Positions 44,653-53,904 of a stretch of 64,000 bases of DNA are shown piece by piece (position 1 is the first letter of the stretch; each line of letters begins with the position of its first letter). A model generated the notes under the pieces. That model did no database searches, was not told the origin of the DNA, and worked only from the letters and a program-made list of their open reading frames with translations. Source of the DNA: Nitrososphaerales archaeon (GTDB lineage Archaea > Thermoproteota > Nitrososphaeria > Nitrososphaerales > UBA213); NCBI GenBank assembly GCA_965197925.1, contig CBDAOC010000017.1:64001-128000 (forward strand), in the 5' to 3' direction. Made by a program: the position numbers and the translations under genes.

Positions 44653-44863
44653 TGTTGTAATATCTACAGTCTTGGTCCGGCTTTCTTACTTCAATAAGAA
44701 ATTATAGAAGTTGTATTTACTCACAACAGCTTCTTATTATGAAGTAATCCATAAATGTTCATTGGCGTTATCTGTAAAGGCGTTTGAGGAGGTACAACAG
44801 AAGGATGAAGAAATTCAAACATTAACCAAGAGACTAGGCTAGAACATGCACATAGGAACGTAC

Positions 44864-45007
44864 TAAGATATATAAAGTAAAAGAAAGAGTTCATTTAGAA
44901 TATTGTTACCAATGATTGGTAACATATTAGAAAATATGCTAGCTAGGATTTAGTAGGTTAGCGGGAAGACCTAGTTTCGTTTGATAAAGGAATCTAATGG
45001 CTTCTAT
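44864..45007 (+). repeat. about 145-bp repeat with palindromic core TGTTACCAAT-G-ATTGGTAACA (copy 1)
   Basis: Near-identical inverted copy at 53276-53419; diverged copy at 49358-49436. Confidence 0.9.
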
Positions 45008-45509
45008 CTAATTGGGTAATGGTCACTACAGATCCAGTCGATATGAATTATGTTGCATTTGGTCTTGGACTAGCTGCCGTTGGAGTATTTTTAACATACC
45101 GCGAATTTAGGTAATTGAACTATCTTTTTGAGCCCTTATCTAGTCTCAAGAACTGAAATATTAAGACCTTCTCTTTCAATCAAATCAATGTTAGAAAGAA
45201 ACTGATACCTATTCAATATTATGATGCATTGTTACCGTTTTTATTTTTATTATAGCTATTTTTATTATAGCTCGTTAATTTTTAATTCATGCCAAATTCT
45301 AACCTAAGTTTTAGCTCATTGTTATAATTAGGATGTAGGGTTTCTAGCTTTGATATTGCCCAAAACAAGGTTGTTAAAAATGGAGTGTTCAAGTGGGTTG
45401 ATGTATAATGGTCCAAGCATAATGGTCTAAGCACTATCTATCTTGTTCCGTTAATATAATTATACTACTGTCTTAGATTACCTATGAATTGGGGCGGAGA
45501 ACATACATA

Positions 45510-46383
45510 CAACTCATCTCAAAACTAACCATTTAGACAATTTTTAGCGATCATTTAGATCCATGAATAGCGACATCTAAAATTATTTTATGAAATTCCA
45601 AGAATTATCAGACAAACAGTGGAGTATGATGGAATCACACATACCACCACATGCAAAAACTGGCAGGCCTAGGGATTATGATAGAAAAATCATTAACGGA
45701 ATAATCCATGTTCTAACTACTGGATGCCGATGGGACGATATGCCAAAAAGATATGGTGATGATTCTACTGCAAACAGAAGGTTAAACAAATGGCAACAAA
45801 AAGGAATCTGGAAAAAGATTCTATCACGTACTATTCACTCAGCACATAAATCTGGCAAAATTAATCTACAAAAAATATCAGTTGACTCTTCATCCATTCC
45901 TGATAAAAAAGGGGCAATGTAACTGGATATAATGGATTCAAGAGAATAACAGGTACAAAAATACATGCCTCAGTAGAGAGTAACGGATTTCCAATATCCA
46001 TACTGTTGAGTCCAGCAAATGAACATGACAGTACAAAATGCATGGATGTTACAGGATCAATTTCAGACTATCTTGATGATGATTCAATACAACAGATAGA
46101 ATCAGTTTATGCAGACAAAATGATGCAAAATACATCAGAATGTATTTGTGGGATAGAAATATTGCATGTTGCATCCCATACAAAATAAATTCCAAGTTCA
46201 TCTTGCAAAATAATGATTGCAAACATTACAACAAGACAAGATTTGTAGTTGAGAGATTCCTTGCATGGCTCAAGAATGGATTTCACAGAACAAGAACCAG
46301 GTATGAAAGAACGGCAGAAAACTATCTGGCATTTGTTAATCCTGCATCATTTTTGATGTATTGTAGGGTTTTGAGATGAGTTG
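45510..46383 (+). mobile_element. IS5-family element (type A), copy 3
   Basis: Perfect 16-bp TIR, TSD ATA; ORFs identical to copy 1. Confidence 0.96.
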
Positions 46384-46436
46384 ATAGTATCATGTACATC
46401 ATACTACCTATATATTACAATAAGAATCAACTCGTA

Positions 46437-46982
46437 ATGCATGAGAAGCATGAGAACGTATTAATTTCTATTCTTGACGCTATGGGCGGTCAAGTTAATG
46501 GTAGAACTGTCTTACAGAAATTATCGTATTTTATATCAGTGAAGACAGCCATTGATTTACAACATACCGCTCATTACTATGGACCGTACAGCCGTACTAT
46601 TGCATCCACATTAGAGGATTTGTCTGCAGCAGGTTTTATTAAAGAAGAAGGTTGGATTACTACCAATGATAGGGTTGCGTATAATTATCGTTTAACTCCT
46701 GATGGAGAATCTATTGTCAAGGACATAAAAGTAAATTCATCGGGTTTATATAAAAAAGTCAGTGACATTGTACATACCTGTACGAAAATTACAAGCAATG
46801 ATCCCGGTATTCTGTCATGGGCAGCAAAAGTACATTATATAGCACGTCAAAAGAAGGGAGGTGAGATAACATATCAGGAAATAAAAGATATTGGAGAATC
46901 TCTTGGTTGGTCATTATCTGAAGCTCAGATTGATTCTGCCGGTGACTTGCTGAAAGAGTTAGGGCTTGTCAAAACCTCTTGA
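46437..46982 (+). CDS. YwgA-like winged-helix protein
   Basis: GRTVLQKLSYF and HYYGPYS motifs; TATA-like TATATATT about 25 bp before ATG 46437. Confidence 0.78.
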   Translation: MHEKHENVLISILDAMGGQVNGRTVLQKLSYFISVKTAIDLQHTAHYYGPYSRTIASTLEDLSAAGFIKEEGWITTNDRVAYNYRLTPDGESIVKDIKVNSSGLYKKVSDIVHTCTKITSNDPGILSWAAKVHYIARQKKGGEITYQEIKDIGESLGWSLSEAQIDSAGDLLKELGLVKTS

Positions 46983-48291
46983 TGGTAATGCCAATAAAAA
47001 TCCCACAATAATTCGAGATCCTCTCTATGGCTTTGTCGAGCTATCGGCTTTCGAGCGAGACATCGTATCAACTAATGTGGTACAACGTTTATTGAGGATC
47101 AAACAATTAGCGCATGCTTACGTGGCTTATCCCAGTGCAATGCATACTCGTTTTGAACATTCTCTTGGTGCAATGCATGTTAGCGGCAGGATGTGTGGTC
47201 AGCTGGGTATTCCCAAAGAAGCCGAGATTATTAGGCTAGGAGTGTTACTGCATGATATAGGACATGGTCCTTTTTCACATGTTTTCGAACGAATAGTCGG
47301 TGAGGTGACACATGGAGAATATACGCATGAATCCATAGGCAGACTCATTCTAGAAAATGATAAAGAGTTAAAGGACCGTCTCGGTAAAAAACAGAAGGAT
47401 ATAATTCTACTTTATGACGAAAAAGACACCATAGGAAAGGAAATATTATCAGGTAGTTTGGATGCAGATAAGTTAGATTATTTACGGCGTGATACGCATC
47501 ATGTCGGCGCCGCTTACGGCCTTTTCGATTTTGAGCGTGTAATCCGCAATCTACGCGTTATAGACGATGTGACGAGACAATACATTGGAATCGAGGAAAA
47601 AGGAGAGGATGCCTTGGAGAGCTACCGCTTGGCAAGGTATCTTATGCATTCACAAGTTTATGGGCATCATACCAGACTAGTAGCAGATGATATGTTCATA
47701 CGTGCCGTGCAATGTGCCCTGAATGAAGGGGTTCTTGACAAGGATGCCCTTAATCCTAATAATGATGTTGGAAAATTCCTAGAATACTACCTGTCTCTTG
47801 ATGATTACTCAATCCAGCATTTAATTTTGAACAAGTCTGAGGGTAAAGCCAGGCATTTAATTTTTGACATTCAAAAGAGGAAACTGTACAAGAGGGCATA
47901 TACTACAAAATTATCGGCACAAGAAGTTCCCGATGCATTGAAAAGACGAGACTTGTGCTATTTGAATCAACAGAATATTAGTAACCTAGAAAAAAAAATT
48001 GCCGACAAGGCAGGTGCCGATCCCTCTGATATTTTCGTACACCTGCAAAGCATAGAAATAAAACTTTATGAACGATCTCACATGGAAACACCGGTAAGTG
48101 AATCTATTCTTGTACAACGCGGCGATGGTTCAATTGGAAGCATGGACGAGTCTCCGATATCTGCTGCATTCACCGACATAAGAAGATTATATGTTTTTTG
48201 CCCTTGTGATAGACGAGTGCAGGTTGGTCAGGCTGCTGAAGAAATAATCGGTGTACCAAACAAATACGGCCCCAAGAAGAATTCTCCGTGA
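46966..48291 (+). CDS. HD-superfamily phosphohydrolase (YwfO/SAMHD1-like dNTPase family)
   Basis: IRDPLYG, QRLLRIKQL, HTRFEHSLG, LHDIGHGPFSHVFE, DADKLDYLRRD, VYGHHT. Confidence 0.93.
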   Translation: MSKPLDGNANKNPTIIRDPLYGFVELSAFERDIVSTNVVQRLLRIKQLAHAYVAYPSAMHTRFEHSLGAMHVSGRMCGQLGIPKEAEIIRLGVLLHDIGHGPFSHVFERIVGEVTHGEYTHESIGRLILENDKELKDRLGKKQKDIILLYDEKDTIGKEILSGSLDADKLDYLRRDTHHVGAAYGLFDFERVIRNLRVIDDVTRQYIGIEEKGEDALESYRLARYLMHSQVYGHHTRLVADDMFIRAVQCALNEGVLDKDALNPNNDVGKFLEYYLSLDDYSIQHLILNKSEGKARHLIFDIQKRKLYKRAYTTKLSAQEVPDALKRRDLCYLNQQNISNLEKKIADKAGADPSDIFVHLQSIEIKLYERSHMETPVSESILVQRGDGSIGSMDESPISAAFTDIRRLYVFCPCDRRVQVGQAAEEIIGVPNKYGPKKNSP

Positions 48292-48789
48292 ATTTTATCA
48301 TCGACTATTGAACCAGCGAAATTTTTGGTTTTTAATTGAGTAGAACTGGTAAAGATAAGTGGTTTGGAGTTGCACAACTCTAGCAATATATACCTAAACT
48401 GACTGACGAGTAAATTCCTTATCTTTAAATGCTGAAGAGCCAAGACTGAAAATGCCTAAACGAATACTGTTTTGCCCGTGATCGCCCATTGAGTACATCA
48501 TATGTAAGAGAACATTCCTTCACTTTTACAACACATAAAAAATTAATCGTTTTCTATTTGGGCGGTAAGATGACAATATTATTAACACTGATCGATGCGC
48601 CGATCCAGTTTGCCGGGAAGTAAATTAGGATCCAATCCAGACGACATTACCCCGTATTATGCCGATAAGAGAATTTCCGAGGTCTAATCCTAAGAGTCAT
48701 AGTCCTACTTTTTTTATACTGCGAATATTTTGAAATCAATAGTTTGTATCTTCAATGAACATGCTATTCGCTCTCTTAATTCAGCACCT

Positions 48790-49095
48790 ACAGATAAATG
48801 ACGTATTTCCTCCTTATTCGTGCTCTATCTGTGTAGCATGACGATGCATTGCTCGACCTGAATCCCCTCATACTGCCTGAATGCAGGCAGGATGATATGC
48901 CATACCGTATGGACATGCTGCCCTTCCCGTGCGTATAGAGCGGTACTCCAGCCCTTGTCAAGGCATCAGGTATTGTTTTTGCAAGTTTGACGTATCTAGA
49001 CTCTTTCATACATAGGCATGCATGGTATGTAACAAATTGATCCAATGTGCAATTCGATATACAATGGGCTAGAATCCATGGTTTCTACAGGGCCC
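48790..49095 (-). mobile_element. IS5-like element left-end fragment (type D-related)
   Basis: Terminal GGGCCCTGTAGAAAC; transposase N-terminus MKESRYVKLAKTI...VPLY, frameshifted. Confidence 0.7.
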
Positions 49096-49357
49096 GTCCG
49101 ATTACATCCCTTAACATGTTGATTTCCGTCAAGTTAACACATTACGAAAGTCACTTGCGCAAATGAAGTAGGTTCACAACTGAACCAAACCACTGAAAGT
49201 AACCAAGAGACAAACGAGGTTAGAAAAAAGCCATGGAAACATACTGAGATACCTAGAGAAAAGGCAGGCGAGCCAATGAAAGAGGGCCGGGGAAGGAAGG
49301 AGGACTGGGCTTTAACCACTGCATGGAGCAAAAACAATATTGTAAAAGTCATCTGAC

Positions 49358-49436
49358 ATATTGTTACCAATGACCAGTAACATATTGGAAAACGTGCCGG
49401 GTGGCCCTCCGGTAATAGGGAAAACGCGTTTCGTTT
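49358..49436 (+). repeat. diverged copy 2 of the palindromic site
   Basis: ATATTGTTACCAATGACCAGTAACATATTGGAAAA...GGGAAAACGCGTTTCGTTT, matching 44900-44982. Confidence 0.8.
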
Positions 49437-49594
49437 CTACTATCCCAAAACTATTAGCCTTTTTCACATCATTTGACTGACTCAATTAACCACCTTCAAC
49501 TTGTAGATTCATAAATTAATAGACTAATTTATAGAATAGAACTAATCCTTATTTTGTAGAAGTATATTATACTACGGAGTACTAACAAACCCTA

Positions 49595-50326
49595 ATGTAT
49601 CTAATGTATATAGATGAATCTGGTAATAAAAATCCTAATGATTCAGAAATTTGGTATGTTTTGGCAGGCGTAATTATATCAGAAATACACTGGAAAGTAG
49701 TTAATGAGAAAGTCGACAATTTCAAGCGTGCTTTGTTTCCCTCTGCGAACATAGACGAATTAGAATTACACATGCATCATATTTTGCAGAAGAGGGGGCT
49801 TTTTTCTAAATTAAATGATGAACGTGTAAAGGAAATCCTGACACAACTTTATCAATTAATTCATAACTTACCTGTAACCATAATTGCTGTGGCAATCAAC
49901 AAACGAGAGTTGGTAATGAACTATCAATATAGAGATCCCTTGACTGATGCATGGACTTTTCTGACTGAGCGGTTTCATAACTTCTTGGATAAGAGTTGTG
50001 ATGAAAATGGTGTTATAGACTATGGTTTATTGATGATCGACCAGCAAACACAATCAAATGATAAGGATATTAGACAGTTGTTACGGTCATTGCAATCTCA
50101 TGGTACTGGGTTCCAACCAATAGACAATGTAATCGAAGATCCGATCTCTGGTTCTTCTCAATTAAAGAATGCCCTTCAGTTAGCCGACGCCGTAGCATAC
50201 TGCGTACTTGAATATGTAAAAAAAGATGCCGAATTCATTTCCTATCTTAATATTATTGAAGATGTGTTTGATAAAGGACCGAATGGTCAGATTTTAAAAT
50301 ATGGTTTGAAGATATTTCCAGAATAG
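49595..50326 (+). CDS. DUF3800 family protein (RNase H-like)
   Basis: MYLMYIDESG, ELELHMH, LQLADAVAY (QxxD), YGLKIFP. Confidence 0.92.
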   Translation: MYLMYIDESGNKNPNDSEIWYVLAGVIISEIHWKVVNEKVDNFKRALFPSANIDELELHMHHILQKRGLFSKLNDERVKEILTQLYQLIHNLPVTIIAVAINKRELVMNYQYRDPLTDAWTFLTERFHNFLDKSCDENGVIDYGLLMIDQQTQSNDKDIRQLLRSLQSHGTGFQPIDNVIEDPISGSSQLKNALQLADAVAYCVLEYVKKDAEFISYLNIIEDVFDKGPNGQILKYGLKIFPE

Positions 50327-50400
50327 GTTGGCGTGGTAGCCTCACCGTGAGAACCACCGTTCAGCTACCCGTTTCAGCAGCCCTACGACTGCCTACTAAC
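50327..50400 (-). ncRNA. candidate DUF3800-associated structured RNA, convergent to the gene
   Basis: GC-rich 70-nt segment; closing stem GTAGGC/GCCAAC, hairpins GCTGCT-GAAA-CGGGTAGC and GGTGGTTCTCA-CGG-TGAGGCTACC (G-U pairs form only on the minus strand). Confidence 0.65.
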
Positions 50401-50419
50401 AATGGATAGAAACAAAGGT

Positions 50420-50428
50420 AATATAAAA
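50420..50428 (-). promoter_or_regulatory. TATA box for the candidate ncRNA
   Basis: TTTTATATT on the minus strand, 20-25 nt upstream of the structured segment. Confidence 0.55.
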
Positions 50429-50463
50429 CTATGTTAACCAATTGGTTCTGTTGCGTGTGTCAC

Positions 50464-50940
50464 CTATTTGTTTGTGTTGCGTATCGTCACCTGCTTGTTT
50501 CCGCTAACAAATTTAACAAGCTTTTCAGTCAGAGCCGTCAGTTTGACAAAACTCCTTTGAAAATTCTGCCGTTTGTTTAGTGAGGCGTCATACTTTGGCT
50601 TGTATTTCTCCACGTGTTTTTTTGGTATGTCCTGCATTAGTTTTATCATTTTAGTGTAAAATTCAGCATCTCCTGTAAGTTCTTCCCAGAATAACTGTCC
50701 TGCAACTTCGGTATATCTTCTTGTCATTAGGTGGCGATGTCTTTTTGCCACAAGAGTAAGCTAGAACTGGATCAAATTGCTTGTGCAGTTTTAATAATCT
50801 GCTTCTCAAAGAGCTAAACCCATCATTTTGCCTCTTTTTTGCAGATGAGTTAAAGGGGTTTGGACCAGACTTTACGGCATATGCAGAATACCTGTTATCT
50901 GTCTCAACTGCAACATCTACACCATGATGTTATCCCTACT
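50464..50940 (-). pseudogene. type II restriction endonuclease relic (PmeII-like)
   Basis: GVDVAVETDNRYSAYAVKSGPNPFNS (PD-xxK-like) and AGQLFWEELTGDAEFY in frameshifted fragments. Confidence 0.7.
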
Positions 50941-51342
50941 GAGTTTGGCTGGTCTTGTTCATGGGAGGATTTTTGGTTCAGAAAGACTTGTTGCAGGCAT
51001 ATTCTAATTGTATATCTCAGGTCCCACCTTGATGTTTACTAGATAATCCTCATCCTTCTCCTCAGCTTGCTCGAACTTCACCAAAAAGAACGGATAAACA
51101 GGCCGTGTATCTGTTCCGTTATATTTTTCAGTCCTCCTCCGTCAAGGGTCTAGATATTATTTCTCTAGCGATATTAAATGCTGGTGTTGAGTAATTGTAT
51201 GCCCACGCATCAGTAACACTAGCGACTAAATATAATTCTACAACGTTCTACATTATTCTAGAAAGTTCTAATGATTTCGTGCAGGGAATTCTAGATTAAT
51301 TGTTCATTATGCTTAAATATGCCTGTAAGAACAACAGGGATA

Positions 51343-51897
51343 ATGAATAAACTAACAATACCAAGCATATTAGCAGCAACAGTATTGATAGCGGGAATAT
51401 TTGCATTCATGCCAGTAGAGAAGGCAAGCACTGTGCACACCAGCCTAGGAACGATGATTGGTGATGTACAAACTACGGCTGATAATATAGAAACTATGAC
51501 AAGTAATATAGAAACTACGATAACGGAGAAAGCGTCGGCATTGAGAATACTAGAGCTTACCGATAATACCCAGGAAGTCAATGATGAGTACACGCTAGAT
51601 TGTACTACGGATTATACAATAATAGGAATCGCTACAAATATGACTGGTGTAACAGAGACGGAGGCTGATTTAATCACTATCAATGGTGAAGATGTGGCTG
51701 TTGACTTTAGTGGTGCTACTACGGATGGTAGAAGCATATTAGATACAGGGAATATTGTTGCATTAGCAGACGAGGACTTAGTAATAACTGTCGAAGATGC
51801 CAACCCTGACGCTGACACAGTGACGGTAATAAGGGTCTCCGTACTAGCGACAAACGCTGGAATGTGTACGCTACTAGAGACTACACCTGCAAGCTAA
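51343..51897 (+). CDS. exported acidic protein of MNKLTIPS-leader family
   Basis: Hydrophobic leader MNKLTIPSILAATVLIAGIFAFMPVEKASTVHT, short coiled segment, D/E/T-rich beta domain with two Cys. Confidence 0.85.
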   Translation: MNKLTIPSILAATVLIAGIFAFMPVEKASTVHTSLGTMIGDVQTTADNIETMTSNIETTITEKASALRILELTDNTQEVNDEYTLDCTTDYTIIGIATNMTGVTETEADLITINGEDVAVDFSGATTDGRSILDTGNIVALADEDLVITVEDANPDADTVTVIRVSVLATNAGMCTLLETTPAS

Positions 51898-51913
51898 GCA
51901 TAAACTAACTAAC

Positions 51914-51936
51914 TTCTCCTTCTTTTTTATTTTTAC
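51914..51936 (+). terminator. archaeal oligo-T terminator
   Basis: TTCTCCTTCTTTTTTATTTTT just after the stop of 51343-51897. Confidence 0.5.
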
Positions 51937-52184
51937 AACTTGGCCTGAGCTCTGCTTGATCAGCCCGTCTGCCGGGTATCAGGGTCAGAGTCACTGGAGG
52001 ACCACTTTTCTATAACGGATTATTTTAATCCAGAATGAAGCTGGATCATTGAATATGCCTTATGGAAAATTTCATAATCAGCAGGGTATTTTTCTCCCTT
52101 TTCCGACTACAGGAAATCGCCTTTTTTGCCTCGCATTGTTACTTCCAATGTCTCCACGGTGGCTGGTTCCTAGTTGCCTGGCTC

Positions 52185-52285
52185 TGGCAACAAGTTTTTT
52201 TACGTGTTTTTGAAATCGGGTTACACAACTGGTACATGCGCCAGTGCCGCAACTTGGCAACAAGTTTTTTTACGTGTTTTTGAAA
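52185..52285. repeat. two exact 31-bp direct repeats with a 39-bp spacer
   Basis: TGGCAACAAGTTTTTTTACGTGTTTTTGAAA at 52185-52215 and 52255-52285. Confidence 0.9.
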
Positions 52286-52333
52286 CACCCCCGAGGAACA
52301 CATATTTTTTGTCTTTACGACACGATATGAGAA

Positions 52334-52789
52334 TCATTCCTTCTTTTTTTGGAACCATGGCCATTTTGTGTTTTCCCTAGAAATCAGACTTTCAATCCTC
52401 TCAACGAAAAATCTTTGCCTGTCATCCGCATCTGGATAATCACCGGCACCGGTATTGTATAATGAATGTTCCCTACGCATGGTTTCTGCCGTGGTTCGAT
52501 AGTCTAGCCAGTTTTCATGGAACCTGGATGTCTTGATTGCACTGGTGGATATTGCAATAATTACAGACGTAAATACTGCAAGCATTCTCAGATTTGACTC
52601 ATCCATTAGTATCAAAGCAGGAGTCACCGCAGAGGAAACAATTACAACCACTTGGGGCAAACCATGAATTCTCTTGTTATGAACCGCCTTTTGATCATAC
52701 CAATCCGGTTCTTTTTCATACCTATCTTCAATAAAATGAGAAAATCCTGCTCGTTCATGAGTCAGTTTCGGAACATTCCTCAATCGCAT
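52334..52789 (-). CDS. DUF4231 / SLATT-family two-TM protein
   Basis: WYDQKA, two TM helices, ENWLDYRTTAETMRRE, FVERIESLISREN. Confidence 0.85.
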   Translation of the reverse strand: MRLRNVPKLTHERAGFSHFIEDRYEKEPDWYDQKAVHNKRIHGLPQVVVIVSSAVTPALILMDESNLRMLAVFTSVIIAISTSAIKTSRFHENWLDYRTTAETMRREHSLYNTGAGDYPDADDRQRFFVERIESLISRENTKWPWFQKKKE

Positions 52790-53275
52790 TTACAATGTCT
52801 TTTATCTCAGTCAACTACAGAATGATCAACCAACGGTTCAGGTTCAATATCATGAGAACCAGAGTTTAGCCTCACACCAACGAGGCACTTGTCTAATTCG
52901 CAACCTGTTTCCAATTCCCACCCTACCTAAGAACTATTATGGGTCGAACTGCCTATCAAGCATGGGACGATAGAACTTTTTGTAATTTTCTTCCTTATTT
53001 CTTGTCTGACATACGGCGCGTTTTCACTGTTGGCTGGTTCTTTGACTGGACAATCATCAAACCCTAAATCCAGGTTTTAATTTTCTGCCCGGCCGCGAAA
53101 CAGGTTTACTGGATCAAGATCTTCCTCTACAAAACCTGGAAAACATGATCTGCCACGTAGCGCCAATAAAACACCGTGATATAAACGGGATCATGTTCGC
53201 GCACCCGGATACATAATAGGCTAGCGAAGACTCAAAAAGCCCCGGCAGTTAACACGGGGAATCATCGCCCGCCGG

Positions 53276-53419
53276 ACAGAAGCCACTAGATTCCTTTATC
53301 AAGCGAAACCAGGTCTTCCCGCTAACCTACTAAATCCTGACTGGCATATTTTCTAATATGTTACCAATCATTGGTAACAATATTCTAAATGAACTCTTTC
53401 TTTTCCTTTATATATCTTA
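53276..53419 (-). repeat. about 145-bp repeat with palindromic core (copy 3, inverted)
   Basis: Reverse complement of 44864-45007; core at 53359-53379. Confidence 0.9.
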
Positions 53420-53607
53420 GAGCTTATCCGAAAATTAACATCATAGCCTAATTGTTTATACCGAAACAGATCTAGAAGCTATCTCACAACTCGGCAATTT
53501 ATCAAGCGGTAAAACTAGTCAAAATAAATTCGCTACAAGAGACTAATTACAACCAAGAATAGGCGAAGGTATAGTAATTCTTGAAAGAAGCGTTCTTTCC
53601 CTGACCA

Positions 53608-53895
53608 TTAGTGATGTTTGTCCTTACCATAGGTTTGTTTGTGATCTCCTATGCTTAGGATATTTATAATTCGATTTTCATAATCTATACCAAATGTAAT
53701 TCTAAAAGATTTTGTAATATCATAAGTGAAACAACCTAGACTGTTCTTATAATTCCCAAGATTTTTTGGATTCTCAGATTGAGTAAGCGTGAGAATTGCT
53801 GTACGATATTGATTTTTTTCAGTATTTCCTAATCTTTTGAATATTTTTCGCATGTTTGGCGGCTCTTTAATTTGCCAATCTAATTCATCTGACAA
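53608..53895 (-). CDS. RelE/ParE-superfamily toxin
   Basis: 95-aa basic protein; FRITFGID...INILSIGDHKQTYGK C-terminal pattern; downstream of a small acidic gene. Confidence 0.82.
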   Translation of the reverse strand: MSDELDWQIKEPPNMRKIFKRLGNTEKNQYRTAILTLTQSENPKNLGNYKNSLGCFTYDITKSFRITFGIDYENRIINILSIGDHKQTYGKDKHH

Positions 53896-53904
53896 ACAAT
53901 TCTA

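Noticed and set aside
44740..44843. Integrase C-terminal relic before palindromic site copy 1 (KAFEEVQQKDEEIQTLTKRLG)
   Set aside because: Only a short coiled-coil-like tail with no catalytic residues visible; too weak to call.
52185..52285. Calling a bona fide CRISPR array
   Set aside because: Only two repeats, no recognisable leader, no cas genes in the window; kept only as a repeat and a low-interest finding.
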